Positions 39,480-51,856 of a stretch of DNA of 64,000 nucleotides are shown piece after piece. This DNA comes from Cycas panzhihuaensis. Its lineage: Eukaryota > Plantae > Cycadophyta. The notes under the pieces were generated by a model that was not told the DNA's origin, made no database searches, and saw nothing but the letters and a program-made list of their open reading frames with translations. The stretch is from assembly GCA_023213395.1 (NCBI GenBank), contig CM041465.1, positions 86,683,741-86,747,740 of the forward strand, read 5' to 3'. The stretch's first letter is position 1, and every line of letters begins with the position of its first letter. Position numbers and translations under genes: made by a program.

Positions 39480-39973
39480 CTGCCCCCTTGGTAGCAGAGC
39501 CTCATTGCTTGGAAGTGTAACACGATGGCAAATGTTGGCAACACAAAGATTAATAATATACAATAAACATAATAGTGTCATCAACCAAGGGTGACGGCAA
39601 GTGTCATGGCAGAACGCGTGGATAGGGAGAAGAGCGGGGCAACATAGGGGTTGCCTATGCATCGCCCTAGAATCTAATAATAGAAAGGGTGGATGAGGAG
39701 GATGCCCCCATCACATGTATGCAAGATGAATGGTGGTGATAGTCATGAATATGATCAATCAAATATTACGAATGAAATATATGTATATATGAGAGTTAAA
39801 GTGATGGGAGCTTCGTATCGGGGGTGGTACGAAGGATAGAGTAAATGGCATAAAACTGATGGTCACCATAGTTTAACCTCATTAGTGGCCAGCTTTTGAA
39901 GGTGCGAATGGATCGCAAGATGGAGGATGGAACGATCTCGAACCAAGGTGCCTGGACAACACGATAAGGTTCC

Positions 39974-40395
39974 TCAAGGGGGATCATCGATGAGAGGAAG
40001 ACGATGCTTAAGGATGAGATGGACAAGGCCGTCTGCCTTAGCATTATGGTCTCAGGGAATGTCTCAGATATCTACAGAAGAAAAATGAGACAAGAGAGAC
40101 CTAGCGGTTGAGACAAGGGCTCTCAAGCGTGGGCAACACACCTGGTAAACTTGGGTGAGATGCAACATAATGACCTGAGAGTCACAAAGCAAGATGATGG
40201 GACTATGGTGGAAATGGAGCGCATCAGTAAGGACTTCAAAATGGTTATGTACTCAGCTTCATTATTGGTGGCTTCGAGAAGGAAGACGCCAAAATGCATG
40301 AAGTCGTATCTGAAGAAGTCATGGAGGATCCACATGGCAGGGGAAGGGTCTGGGTTACCATGACTTCCTCCATTGGTGAAGATGAGCAATGTCAT
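39974..40395 (-). pseudogene. Free-standing archaeal-type RNase H (aRH) of element 3
   Basis: LIFTNGGSHGNPDP..EATNNEAEY..IP*DHNAKADGL, matching the DGxSxGNPG / TNNxAEY / HIPRxxNxxADxL pattern. Confidence 0.85.
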
Positions 40396-41690
40396 AGTGA
40401 GGAGTTGAGAGTTCCGTCAAACGATGGAAAAAAAAAATGACAATGGGGTCGATAAGCAAAGAAAGGTGTAAGAGGTAGCAATAGGATTACAAAAGACTTA
40501 GAAGGCAGTGAGTAAGGAACACGAAGGATGAGAGAGTCCTAAAAAGAGGCTACCTAGAGGCGAGGGGATTGACCTAATGAAAGGGAAGGAAATAGCAACG
40601 AAAAAGCCCCTTCAAGGTCCCAAAGGTTGCTAAAAGGGCCAAAGTGAGGTCTTGAATAGGGAGGCGCTTCCTTTATGAGCCCCAAAGGCTCAGACGAACA
40701 GCAAAAATGGATTCAAGGTGGAGAAACGAGCCAAATGAGTATAAACATAAATATGTTTTGGAGTGGTATAAAAATCAAGATGGAAGAGGTCTGCGAGAGA
40801 CTGAAGGAGTCATCATAAATGCGCCATAAAGGCTTAAAACGGAGACCACAGAGGCGAAATAGGGGATGGGCACAAAAGGCAAAAATAATGTGGGTGAAAG
40901 GATGGTCGTAAGGGTTGTTGCAATAAAAGAAAAGAAGAAAGTGCCTGTTGGGGCCCCAGCATATATAAAGGAAAACAGGTGAAAACAAAGTTCATTTTCA
41001 CAGGCTCACGATCGATCTGGAGCCCTTTCCTTACACAGTGGAGCACTACCTGATTCAGAGGCATGCAACAAGAGATCTGATCTTTGGATCAAGGAGCAGA
41101 GACAACCGATACGACCAGAACGACAAGATGGTGGTGGCCAAGCTAGATCCAATGAGTGGATCGCCCCCTACCCTTTCCATTTTGTCAATTGAATTTAATG
41201 GATTTTTATGCTTTTAGAAGTAGTTTTTGGCCCTTTAAGGGTGATTTGGCACCCTCTAGAGCCTGATTTGGGCCCAAAGAGCGAGGGGGCTAGGGCATTA
41301 GGTAGCCTCGGTCCCATTGGGCCTAGCTTTGGCCCACTTAAACAAAAAATTTAGATTTTTGGGGCATCCCCTCCTATTTTGCGAGGGTTATGAAGGGCCC
41401 CACGACAAAGATCGTGGTGCCGCAGAGTTTGCCGCGGGGCCACTGAGGTGATGCTAAAACCTCAGCGGGGCTTGTATCAAACTCCGCGATATCACAGAGT
41501 TTAACACAAGGCAGAGGAACATAAGGACAGAAAGAAGAAAGAGGGCCCAGGGAGGTGCTAAACTTAGCTCGAAAGGGCATGAGGTAACTAGAGAGCAACT
41601 AAGCATAACATGGAGTGTTTTGATTGACTCTTGGGTGGGTTTTTATAGGCAGTTATCGTAGTGGACAATTGTGAGAACATAGGAGTCACC

Positions 41691-44202
41691 ATGATGAGCT
41701 TCATAGAGATGATGTCACGAGGAGATAGACAGACATTGGGGCGATGTGGGTTATTGAAGATCATCAGGACCCTATAGCATGTGTCGGATCAACACCTCCT
41801 GGTGGATATAGTCTCCTATTGGGATCACAGGCGGTATGTCTTCCACCTTCCCCAGGTGGGAGACATCACTATAACACTAAGAGACATCAGGAGGATCCTA
41901 GGAGTACTGGCAGGAGGAGTGCTAGCATCACTAGGGACACTACCTAGTATGGATGTTGTACACACGGAGGCGGCCATATACTTCATTGGCAAGGGCAGGT
42001 GGGAGTGGCGAGGGATATCATTCCAGATGATGGTGATGTCATAGATTCCTCAAGTGAGGAAACTTATTACATTGGACATTTTGTTCTGAATTGCCTGGAA
42101 ATAGAATTACAGGAACATACCTAGTGGATGGATGGGCACGGTTAGGAGGTGTGAGGCTAAGAAGAGATTGGATTGGGCCGCCTTGATAGCGATGAACATG
42201 GTCGCATAACTTGATGCTATCAGGGTGGTAGGGAGAGGAGGAGTTTCCTATTGTACTCTATTGCAGTGATGGTTTTTCAATCATTTTGGGGCAGTAGCAC
42301 CACCAGGAGGACCTCACCCTATCTCAACACGGGCCCCCATGGTGCACAGGTGACAGACTTAGTTTAGGGGGACTGAGGACAAGGTACATATTATTAGGTA
42401 ATGTGATAGCAATGGTTTGGAGGCTAAAATTTTGACAGGTTGGTAGCACAATCTCCCCCCCAAACCTTCCTCAAGGGGTTTCAAGGTGGGCGGGAGCCCC
42501 CCTTGGCCAAGGCGATGCAAGGGGCATGGAACGCCCCCCGCAAAGAGGGGGTTCGGGGGTGATAGCCCCCGACCCAAAAGTCTAGCACTGAAAAGTATAT
42601 TAAATTGTAAAGAGAATCAGGGTTGTTTGCTCAAAATACCCTAGATTCTATGGTCGATATTTGTGCCTTGTATGACTCTCTCATGTAGCCCGATTTAGGG
42701 CATTTTTCATCATGTTGATAGTGTTCAATATACTGTGAGGAGTTGGGCAGCTGATTGTTGTTGCTGTGAGCACATTACTGCAGATTATGTACATTTTCTC
42801 TATTCTTTGACAATAAAGATCGATACCTTTCCTGTGTGTATATTTCCCTAGCATACTGCTAGGGTTTTACCACGTTATATCAGGTGTATATATGTTGCTT
42901 ATCTTTCTTGTTTATTTTATTGTTGTATCTCTGGTTTAAGAACTTACATGTTAAATTTTAGTTTCGATTCATGTAACTAGTTGCAAGAATAGTTTAGATC
43001 TTGGTGGCGGTTTAAGGGTTGGGACCTTATCTTCTCAACACATATTAGGCAATCGGTGGAGGTGACATTGCTAGACCTCCTCACTCTGGCAGACTACATA
43101 ACATATCCATATAGAGGAGTGCGTTGGGATAGCGATGATGAAGCAGGAGGGTTAGGTGGCAGTCTTGGAGATGGAGGTGACGATGATGGCGGTGATGGGG
43201 CAAGCCCATCAGAAGTAGCAGGTCCGTCAGGAGCTACAGGAGGAGAGGCAGGTCCCTCAAGGGTTGTAGGAGGTGATAGACCACCCCGCACACTAGCACA
43301 AAGATTGAGGGTGGTAGGCAGAGCTCTGGTGGCGGTAGCGATAGAGAGAGGAGGAGACATCTCGGCAGGCCAGGAGGTAAGTGAGGTGGTACCCAAGGCT
43401 AGGGAGGAGGTACCATTAGTCGAGGGAGGTCCCATAGAGGAGGTGGTCATCTACGTCGAGGAGTCAGCCTTCCCAAGAGGTGAGACACTACATTTTCCTA
43501 ACATCTTTCAACCACTAGGCACTTAGATAGCTTGCTTTAATTTAGTTTTGAGATTTTGATATATGGATGCATAGATTAACATATGGTATGTGATTTGGCA
43601 GGAGCAGCGAAGATGGTGAGATTGGTGGAGGTGATAGTCCATGAGGTATTCCCTTAGGTCTACGTGGAGGAATAACCTCCCATCCAGGTTAGAGAGGAGC
43701 CTCAATCGGTGGGGACACACATAACGACATTCGCTCCACTGATTAGGGCCAGGGATATATGGGTAGTGGAGTCCCAGGAGCACCAGGCAAGGGTAGGACA
43801 GCTACAGAGGGAGTTGGACAAGATCTATGTAAAGAGGGACCAGGAAGTCACAGAGAGAGACACTTTATGAAGCTGGGTCCAGGTATTAGAGACCCAAGGA
43901 GGAGGAGTAGTGGGCAGCAATGCAGAGAGTCGTATCAGGATAGTCGTGCTAGAGGAGAGGCTCCGAGGAATGGAGGGGGAGAGGGATCATATCCAGACAT
44001 GATACGATCAATTGGTGGACTAGATGGTTGCGAGGTCGTCGCAGAGCAGGACTCAAACTCATATAACAGCAACGATCTCAAAGAGACCCCAAGACGAGGG
44101 GAGTAAGGCAGGGAGCTCATAGCGGCGACAGAGGAGCTTAGGAGGTATGTGGTCTCCTGGGGAGGGGTCACGCTAACCAATAAATGATACCCCTTAAGAG
44201 TA
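41691..44202 (+). pseudogene. Antisense extra ORF of element 3: Plant Mobile Domain (aminotransferase-like) + Gly/acidic linker + coiled-coil exon
   Basis: DQHLLVDIVSYWDHRRYVFHLPQVGDITITLRDIRRILG fits the PMD motif W..FHLP.GE.TITL.DV..ILG; interrupted by the 42392-43040 insertion; putative intron 43480-43601. Confidence 0.78.
42392..43040. mobile_element. Solo LTR (649 bp, probably Ty1/Copia-type) inserted in the PMD gene
   Basis: T(A)TTAG...TCAACA termini, TSD CATAT (42387-42391 and 43041-43045); absent from the element-2 copy at ~57070. Confidence 0.8.
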
Positions 44203-45004
44203 GGGGTGCTGAAGAGTAGCACATGATTAGTTTTGATTGAGAAAGCACTAGACCTCCAGGGAGCCATCATACGTTGCCATATGATTGTACTCCTCCCTAC
44301 AAGGATTCCAGCTTCTCGAGGATGATGTACTATATTGTTTTATATGATATAATTCATTATGTATATAAACGGAGGCCCATTGGCACCCCATTTGATCCAT
44401 GATGATGATGTTATGATGCTTTTATGATGTTGCATTTATTATTTATTTGTTCATATGTTTATATATATGCATATTTATGTGTATATAGAGACAGGTGCAT
44501 GAGAGACTACGCACCATGATGATATTAGTTGATTGTTATATAGTTTCTGTTATTGGATTCTCTGAGTGATGCCCACACTTTCTTTCATGTAGGACCACAC
44601 TCGTAGTGGGCACACATGACCACCATGAACGTAGGTGATAGATACATGTGAGGCTAGGAGATGGAGAGCCATACATGTCCATCGAAAGAGCATAGCGGGT
44701 ATGCAAAGGAAGCGACGACAAAGAAAGAGTACCGATACTCAAGCGTGCAGTCCTAGTCGAGGTGCGATTTTGAGCTCGAGAGCGATGGAAACATTCGTGT
44801 CTAATTAGGAAGAAAGGTTTCCCACAGGAGAGAAACAAAATGTGCCATATATAAGAACTACAAAGATAGGAAAGCCACCCTAAGCCACCATTCCACCCAT
44901 AGTTGGGAGAATGGGGACACGCTTAGAGGGGTAGTTTAAGCTTATTTCGGAGCAAGAAGAAAGAAGCAGTGCACCAAGCCTACACAGGGGTAGGGACAGG
45001 TCAC

Positions 45005-48000
45005 ATGTGGAATTTCTTTAGGAACCTACCATTGATGGCTTTCTCAAATTTAAGACCCTCCAAGGCTGCGATCCTATAGGCACCGTTATCAAGGCTTTCG
45101 AGAACGACAAAAAGACCAACCTACTTAGGTTCAAATTTGGACAAACAATCATGGAGATATTCCAACTTGAGGATATGGTCCCCAGGATGCAAAGGGTGGG
45201 GGCGAAGGCATTTTTCGTACATCCTTTGTGCCCTAGCTTTAAAGGCAAGGTTTGCTTGGTAAGCAGTCTAACATTTCTTATCTAGGGCTTCGAGATCTAG
45301 GAGACGAGCCTAACAATAGGACTCCTCATCAACAAGACCCCGAAGGGAAACTCGCAAGGATAGGATTTCAACTTCCAATGGGAGGACCGCCTCAATTCTA
45401 TACACAAGGAAGAACGAGGTCATCCCTGTAGCTTTGTGGATAGAAGTACGATACGCCCACAGGGCAAAAGGAAGTTGAAGATGCCAATCCTTTTGAGATT
45501 GGGCAACGGTTTTCTTTAGGATGCTTATAAGGGTTTTGTTAAAAGATTCTATTTAGCCATTGGCCTGGGGGTAATAGGGAGAAGAAGTTTTGTGAGATAT
45601 CTTAAATTTCTCGCAAAGTTTGTCCATTTCCTTATTACAAAAAAGGGTTTCGTTATCCATGACCAAGACGTCAGGGACCACGAATCGATAAATAATATGC
45701 TTATAGATTAAGGTGACCATCGTCTTGCCAGAAGTAGAGGATAAAGGGATTGCTTCGGCCCATTTAGTAAAGTATTCCATCGCAGTCAAGATAAACTTGT
45801 TATGGTCCCAATGAGGTCTAATCCCCATTGAGAGAAAGGCCATGGAGACATAACTGGGTGCAAGGCCTCGGAAGGCAAGTGGATGATGTTGGCATGCTCT
45901 TGACACCGATGACATCGCAGGGCATAGGCGTGGACATCCTTAAAGTGGGATAGCCAATAATAGCCCATGTGAAGGATCCTTTGGGCCATGGATTGGCCTC
46001 TAAAATTGCCCCCGCAAATGCCGCTATGGAATTTGCAAAGTATTTGGCCCGCCTCATCAGGACTAACACGGTGGAGAAGGATCATGTCGAAAGACCTCTT
46101 GTGCAATACCTCTTCCATGAGGAACTACTACCTGGCATTAGCCCAAATACATGACCTAACCTTATTACTTGTATCGAGGCGATACTGCTACTCTATAAGA
46201 TATCGTACAATATCCCCATACCACTCACTATCAGTCAATAAGTGAGGAGACGAGTCCTAAATAGTGAGAACAGGCTCGTCAAGCAAGGAATCATCAACAA
46301 GAGCATTAGAAAAGTTTAGGATGGAGACGTCAGCAAGTTATTCGGCAACCACCATCCCCTTATTTGATTTCTTGTTAACGATTTGGAGATCAAATTTTGA
46401 ACGAGCATGGCCCACTTATCAGTCCTACCTGTCAGGTCGGATCGAATTAGCAAATACCTCAAGGGATCAGATTGAATGATCACTCGAGTAATGTTTCTAA
46501 GCAAGTAGTACCTAAACTTCTTGGTAGTGTGCACCAAGGAGAGGCATTCCTTCTCGGCGACAGAGTAATTAAGCTCAGTAGCAACTAGGGTGTGGCTGAT
46601 GAAGTAGATGGCTCTCTTGTTTCTTGAGTCATCCTCTTGGGCAAGCATGGCACCTAAGGATTCATCAATGGATGAGGTATAAAGGATGAAAGGCCTATCG
46701 AAGAGAGGGGGTGCCAAAGCTAGGGCGGAAGCCAGTGCTCTCTTGAGTTCCTTGAAGGCGTCCTCGGCCTTCAGAGACCAAACAAATGGGATCCCTCTCT
46801 TCAATAGGTTGGTGAGGGGTTTTGCGCTTATGGCGAAGTTCGCCAAGAAACACCTAAGGAAGCCTAATCTACTTAAGAATGACTTGATTTATCATTGGGT
46901 CTTAGGAGGAGGCATGTCTAGGATGGCCTTGACTTTGTGAGGGTCGATTTGGATTCCTTGTTTCGAAACAAAGAAACCAAGGAGTTTGCTAGCCAATACG
47001 GTAAACACACACTTAAGAGGATTTAGGCTTACATGGTATTTGCGACATCATATGAAGATGGCTCACAAATCGCTAAGATGGTGGGCCCTTACGCGCAAAA
47101 GGACCATCATGTCGTCCATAAAAACCTCAAGGGTTTTGTTAATGAGGTTGTGAAAGTCAAATTGCATCACCTTTTGATAAGTGGTACCTACATTTTTAAG
47201 CCTAAAGGGCATCTCCTTGTAGGCGAAGGTGCCCCAAGGAGTGGTAAAGGCCATTTTTTGACTGTTTAGGGGAGATTTAGATTTGGTTTTATCCTAAGAA
47301 GTCGTCCATTAAGCACATGACTTTAAATCTAGTCATTTGATCAATGATCTAATCGATGAAGGGGAGAGGAAAGTTAACCTTAGGACATGCATTATTGATG
47401 TCACGAAAGTCAATGCATATCCTAATCGTTCAGTTCTTTTTAGCAATAGGAACAATGTTAAACACCCACTTGGGGTAGTCGATGGAAGTGATTAACCTTG
47501 CGTCTTAGAGTTCCTCAACTTCCATCTTCACAACGGCTTGAAGTTTTGGGTGAAGAGGGCATTGTTTTTGCCACATGGGGTGAATGCCTAGAATAGTAGT
47601 GAGGTTATGTGTGACAATAGAAGGGTCTATTCTCTTCATGTTAGAGTAGTCCCATGTAAAAATGTCACGAAATTCTTGGAAGAGAAGGGTATATTCATTC
47701 ATTTCGTCATGGGAACATTCCGCTCCCACCTTAATGACCTTACCGGGAGCAAGGACAATATCCTTGGTCGCCCCCATACACATGGCATTCCCTTCCTCAA
47801 AGTGGAGGGAGGCTCGGTCAACAGGAGGGGGTGAAGAAGAAGAAGATAGGTTTGGGTCAACTAAAGGTGATCCAATGGCTAAGATCTTCTGGTGACCAAG
47901 TTTATGGTGACCAGAGAGGAGATTGGGTATGGAACCCATTAAGTGCTCTAGTAAGCCTCGTCATCCTCGAAGCAATCTATCCTATGGATGATCACACTTC

Positions 48001-51000
48001 AAGAAGATGAGGGGCGAGGAGCAGAAGGAGTAGTGGGACCGTAGCGGTCAACCCACCACTCAATGTACTCAAGGGACTCTTTAGAAGAGTTGGAAGACGA
48101 CCTCTTGTGATAGGTAATAAGAGGTTCCCTTGCCTCATCACTTGTGGAGGGTGATGAAGTAGAAGATCAGGTGATATAGGAGATTGCATGAGAGATAGGA
48201 GCAATGATATGTGAATCGGGAGGAGGACTAGACTCTTTGATGGAAGAGGCTTCAAGTTGGGACCTGAAACAAAAAGAGTGCCCCCTACTCATATTTAGGA
48301 GGGATATGGGATGAGGGAGGTCCCCATCCTCGCCGTCAGACTCGTCGTCATTAAGCACAGTGAGGTACCCATAGCTCCCTACACCAATAGGGGCGAAGCA
48401 GATAAGGTTCGAGGAAGAAGGGGAATGACCTTCTTCCAGGTAAGGCAAACCAGGAATGTCGATAGAACAAGCAGAAGCATGGGCAGAAGGGCCCTTATCG
48501 CCCTTCGCCTTGTCGCAAACCACTTGACGAAGTTGACATGGTTGTTTGGTAGGAGGAGGTTCCCAGGGGACAACCCTCATTCGTCCCTTATGGATGAATT
48601 TAAGTTGCCCCCAACGGGACAAGCACACAACTCCCATTTGGTCAAGCCATAGTCATCTCAATAAGAGGTTGTAGTCCACGTCTACATCAAGGACTACAAT
48701 ATCAGTGAGGATAGTTTTGTCCTCGAGAGTGAGGGGAATAGAAACTGACCCTAAGGGTGTCTTTTCGCTACCATTGTAGCCTTGACACTGCCATGGGACC
48801 GATTCAAGGGCTGATATGCCAAGCTCTTGCATGATGCACAAGAGCATAGTATTAACAGAAGAACCATTATCTATAACAGTCCTTCAAAAGGTGTATTCGG
48901 GTGTGTCTATGGTTATGGTGAAGGGGTAGTACCATTAATGTTCCCTTTCACGAACTGAGGGAAGATCCTTAGGATCAAAAGAGATGACGGGTTTACGGCT
49001 TAGGGTAACACCCAAGGTGTGAACTGAAGCATTAACCAATCCTAAGGTTTCTAGGAGAAGAGCACACTACTCTAAACAGAATATCAAGACATCTATCATG
49101 GACATCCCCGTGGCTACGGTGTGAAGCTTATTAACGATGGAGAAGGGCTTCCCCTTCACGGTAGGTTGGGGAAGTGCCCTTCAGAAATTGTAATGACTGG
49201 GGAACACGAGAATGGTCTTAGGAAGTGTGGGAATTTCTAGAGGAGGGACTTCCAGAGGAGGATCAAGATAAGGGGTGGAAGAAGAAGCATCGGTGGCTTC
49301 TTTCGTTGCTTGGGAAGTCAAGGCATATGACAGGGTGGTCTCAAGCATTTAAATGACTCTTTTTCCCTTGTTTCAAGATCGAGAGGGGGAAAGAGTCCAG
49401 TGGTTGGGAGAACTAGAAGAAGAGGAAGAGTTCCTAATACCTTTCCTTTTAACTTGTGTAGGGTGAGGGTTGGGAGACCTTCCTCTGTTTTGGTTGCCTT
49501 TTGGTTAGGTGTTGCAATCGCATTCCCCATGTTTGGGGAAAGGATCCTTATAGACGGGTTGGTTTAGATTGGGTCTAGATGCTTGTTTAGGGGAAGAGTC
49601 GCATTATGGGGTAGCCTTAGGGTGTTGGGCCTTACATTACGAGTCTTCGTGAAAGCATTCCTCATGAATAGAACACCACTTCTTCTCTAAGGGAAAATGT
49701 CTTCCTTGTTTGAGAAGGCTGGGTATTATCACCCTTGGGAGGTGCAGCTTCAGAGTCTTGATGGACAGGTCTGTGAGAAGTGGGTGATGAAGGGGCTTAG
49801 AGTTTAAGCTCCTTCATGGTATGTTCAAAAGAATGTATAGTGGAGGTCAAGAGGTCTAAGGTCTTCTCTGTCAGATGAGACGAAGACCTAGGAGGCTATT
49901 GAACTTTGATATCGCGGGGCAGAGGAGGTGCCTCACGCCATTGTGAGGACCTAAGAGGCTTCTTGAGACCTGCCTAGATCTCAATGGCCTCAAGAGCCAA
50001 ACACTTGGCTATGGTGGAGTCGCACGTTATCACTCTTATTTTGAGGACTTTAATGTGGACTTCAGGGTGAAGGGCATTAACTAAGAGATCTCTCTTTAAC
50101 TCCTTAGGTAAGGTTGCCTTTATGGAGTGGAGAAGATCATGGAAGCATCTCACAAAGTCATGATTCATCTCATCGTGATCTTGTTTAAGAGACAGGAGAG
50201 CCTTTATTCTGCTCTCGAAGGGACGAGCTACGTCAAAATAATTGATGAATGCATCAATGAGTTGTTGGAATGAGTAGATAGAGTGCACTGGAATATGATA
50301 GAACCATTTAGGGGCATCACCTTAGAGAGAGCGTGGGAAGAGTTTCATTAGGATATGGTTATATGCCCAATAATCGATACACACATTGGAAAAACTTCTA
50401 ACATACTATGTTGGGTCTTGCGAAGAGGTCCCATCGAATTTAGGTACCTCGAGAGGGTGAGGCGGTAAGTTGATTCTTAGTGCCTCGATAGATAAAGGAG
50501 TTGATCTATAATCCATGAAGGAGCATGCCCTTGATTGGACCATAGGGTCAACAAAAGATGGAAGAGGAGGTGGGTAAGGTTGCTTGAATCCTCCTTGCGA
50601 GACTTGGTTCGGAAGGGGATACACACTTCCTCCCATTTGATGGGAGGGAACAAATCCCGCATTCAAAGGAATTGGAAGAGGAGTGGACGGGTGCGAGGGA
50701 CCTATCCCTCCTTAAGGATACGCCCCTTGCTGAAAGGGGATATGAGAGGGGGCACCTTGGGAGGGAGCTTGCCCTCCATGCGAAGGCGCCACATAAGAAG
50801 GAGCGTAAGATGGGGGAATAGAAGGGTGCAGAATCGAATTTTACTCATATGGGTTGCCTATAGGTGGTGCGATGCCATACAGATGCAAAAGATCCACTCC
50901 ATAAATAAGAAGGAGATTCCCTTTACTGTGCCCCCACGATTGGGAAGTATAACCCGGGGGCATGTAAATGGAAAGATCCCTCAGTTGAGCTTGGGTATGC

Positions 51001-51710
51001 GTGGGGATCGATCCCACGCAGCTAGATGTAGGGGCATATGTGGGTCCCCTATATCTAATGGGAGGAGGATAAACTACAGTCGGTTGGGGCGTAGTTATTT
51101 AGCTAGAGGGAGGCATACTCAACTGGATTTAGGAAGAGGATATACCTTGGGTGGTCCTTAAGGAACATGGATCACAAAGAGGAGAAGATGAAACGAGGGA
51201 TATCCTCATTGTAGGTAAGAAGAAAGTGCTATGCTTCGTAGAATATTATCCAACCACTTAGGATGTGATTAGAGGCTAGTGACTTAGAAGCATTGGTTAA
51301 GTGCTTCCACCACAACATTCGCGGAGGGGTATCTGCCTGATCATATGTGGTGGAAGGGTCCTCATATGAGGTAGACCCCACGAGGCAGTCCTAATGAGAA
51401 TCGCCACCAAAGTGGTGGTACTCTAAGGGAGAAGATGCCTCCACCTCATGAGTGGAGAGGTGGTGGATTTGTGGGTACTCTTAATCACCCGAGTAGAAGA
51501 CAGGGTCCTCACCCTCTTGGGCAGGCCTTTGGAAAGAAGTGGATGGTTGATGGGACTTGGACGCATAGGTGTGATATGCCCAATCTGAAGGAAATCCTTC
51601 CATGGTTGATTTAGAATCCGACGATGGAAGAGGATGGTAAGGGGAGTCTTCCAACAAAGGGGGAAGGCCTTGTAGACGACAGGAGAATTGTTGCGTACAA
51701 GTTCCACCTA
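45005..51710 (-). pseudogene. gag-pol: gag-pol of element 3 (gag, protease, RT, RNase H, integrase)
   Basis: EVPKFDG..LFPRSL..KWF (gag), VIDNGSSVN (~48860), ICIDFRDIN, AFTTPWGTFAYKEMPF, VFMDDM, ELNYSVAEKECL, HSGICGG..CHRC, WPFSQWGLDLIG, SSPYYPQANG; the 5' boundary is approximate. Confidence 0.93.
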
Positions 51711-51833
51711 AAGATTAGAAGAAAAAGGAGATGGTGAGGTCATAAGCATTGGGGACTGCCCAACAAATCAAGGAGAGCTACCAAAAAGGAGGTAACACCA
51801 ACAGATCAGGGAGAAGGACTAATCCCTTACTAG

Positions 51834-51855
51834 CGAGTCCCTAATACGGTCACCA
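51834..51855 (-). other. Candidate PBS of element 3
   Basis: TGGTGACCGTATTAGGGACTCG, 1 nt after the 5' LTR; its complement resembles a tRNA 3' end (CGAGTCCC...CCA); tRNA identity not determined. Confidence 0.7.
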
Positions 51856-51856
51856 G

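Noticed and set aside
50535-51161. 208-aa plus-strand ORF
   Set aside because: Antisense shadow of the Pro-rich gag region of element 3; Arg/Gly-rich with no domain motif.
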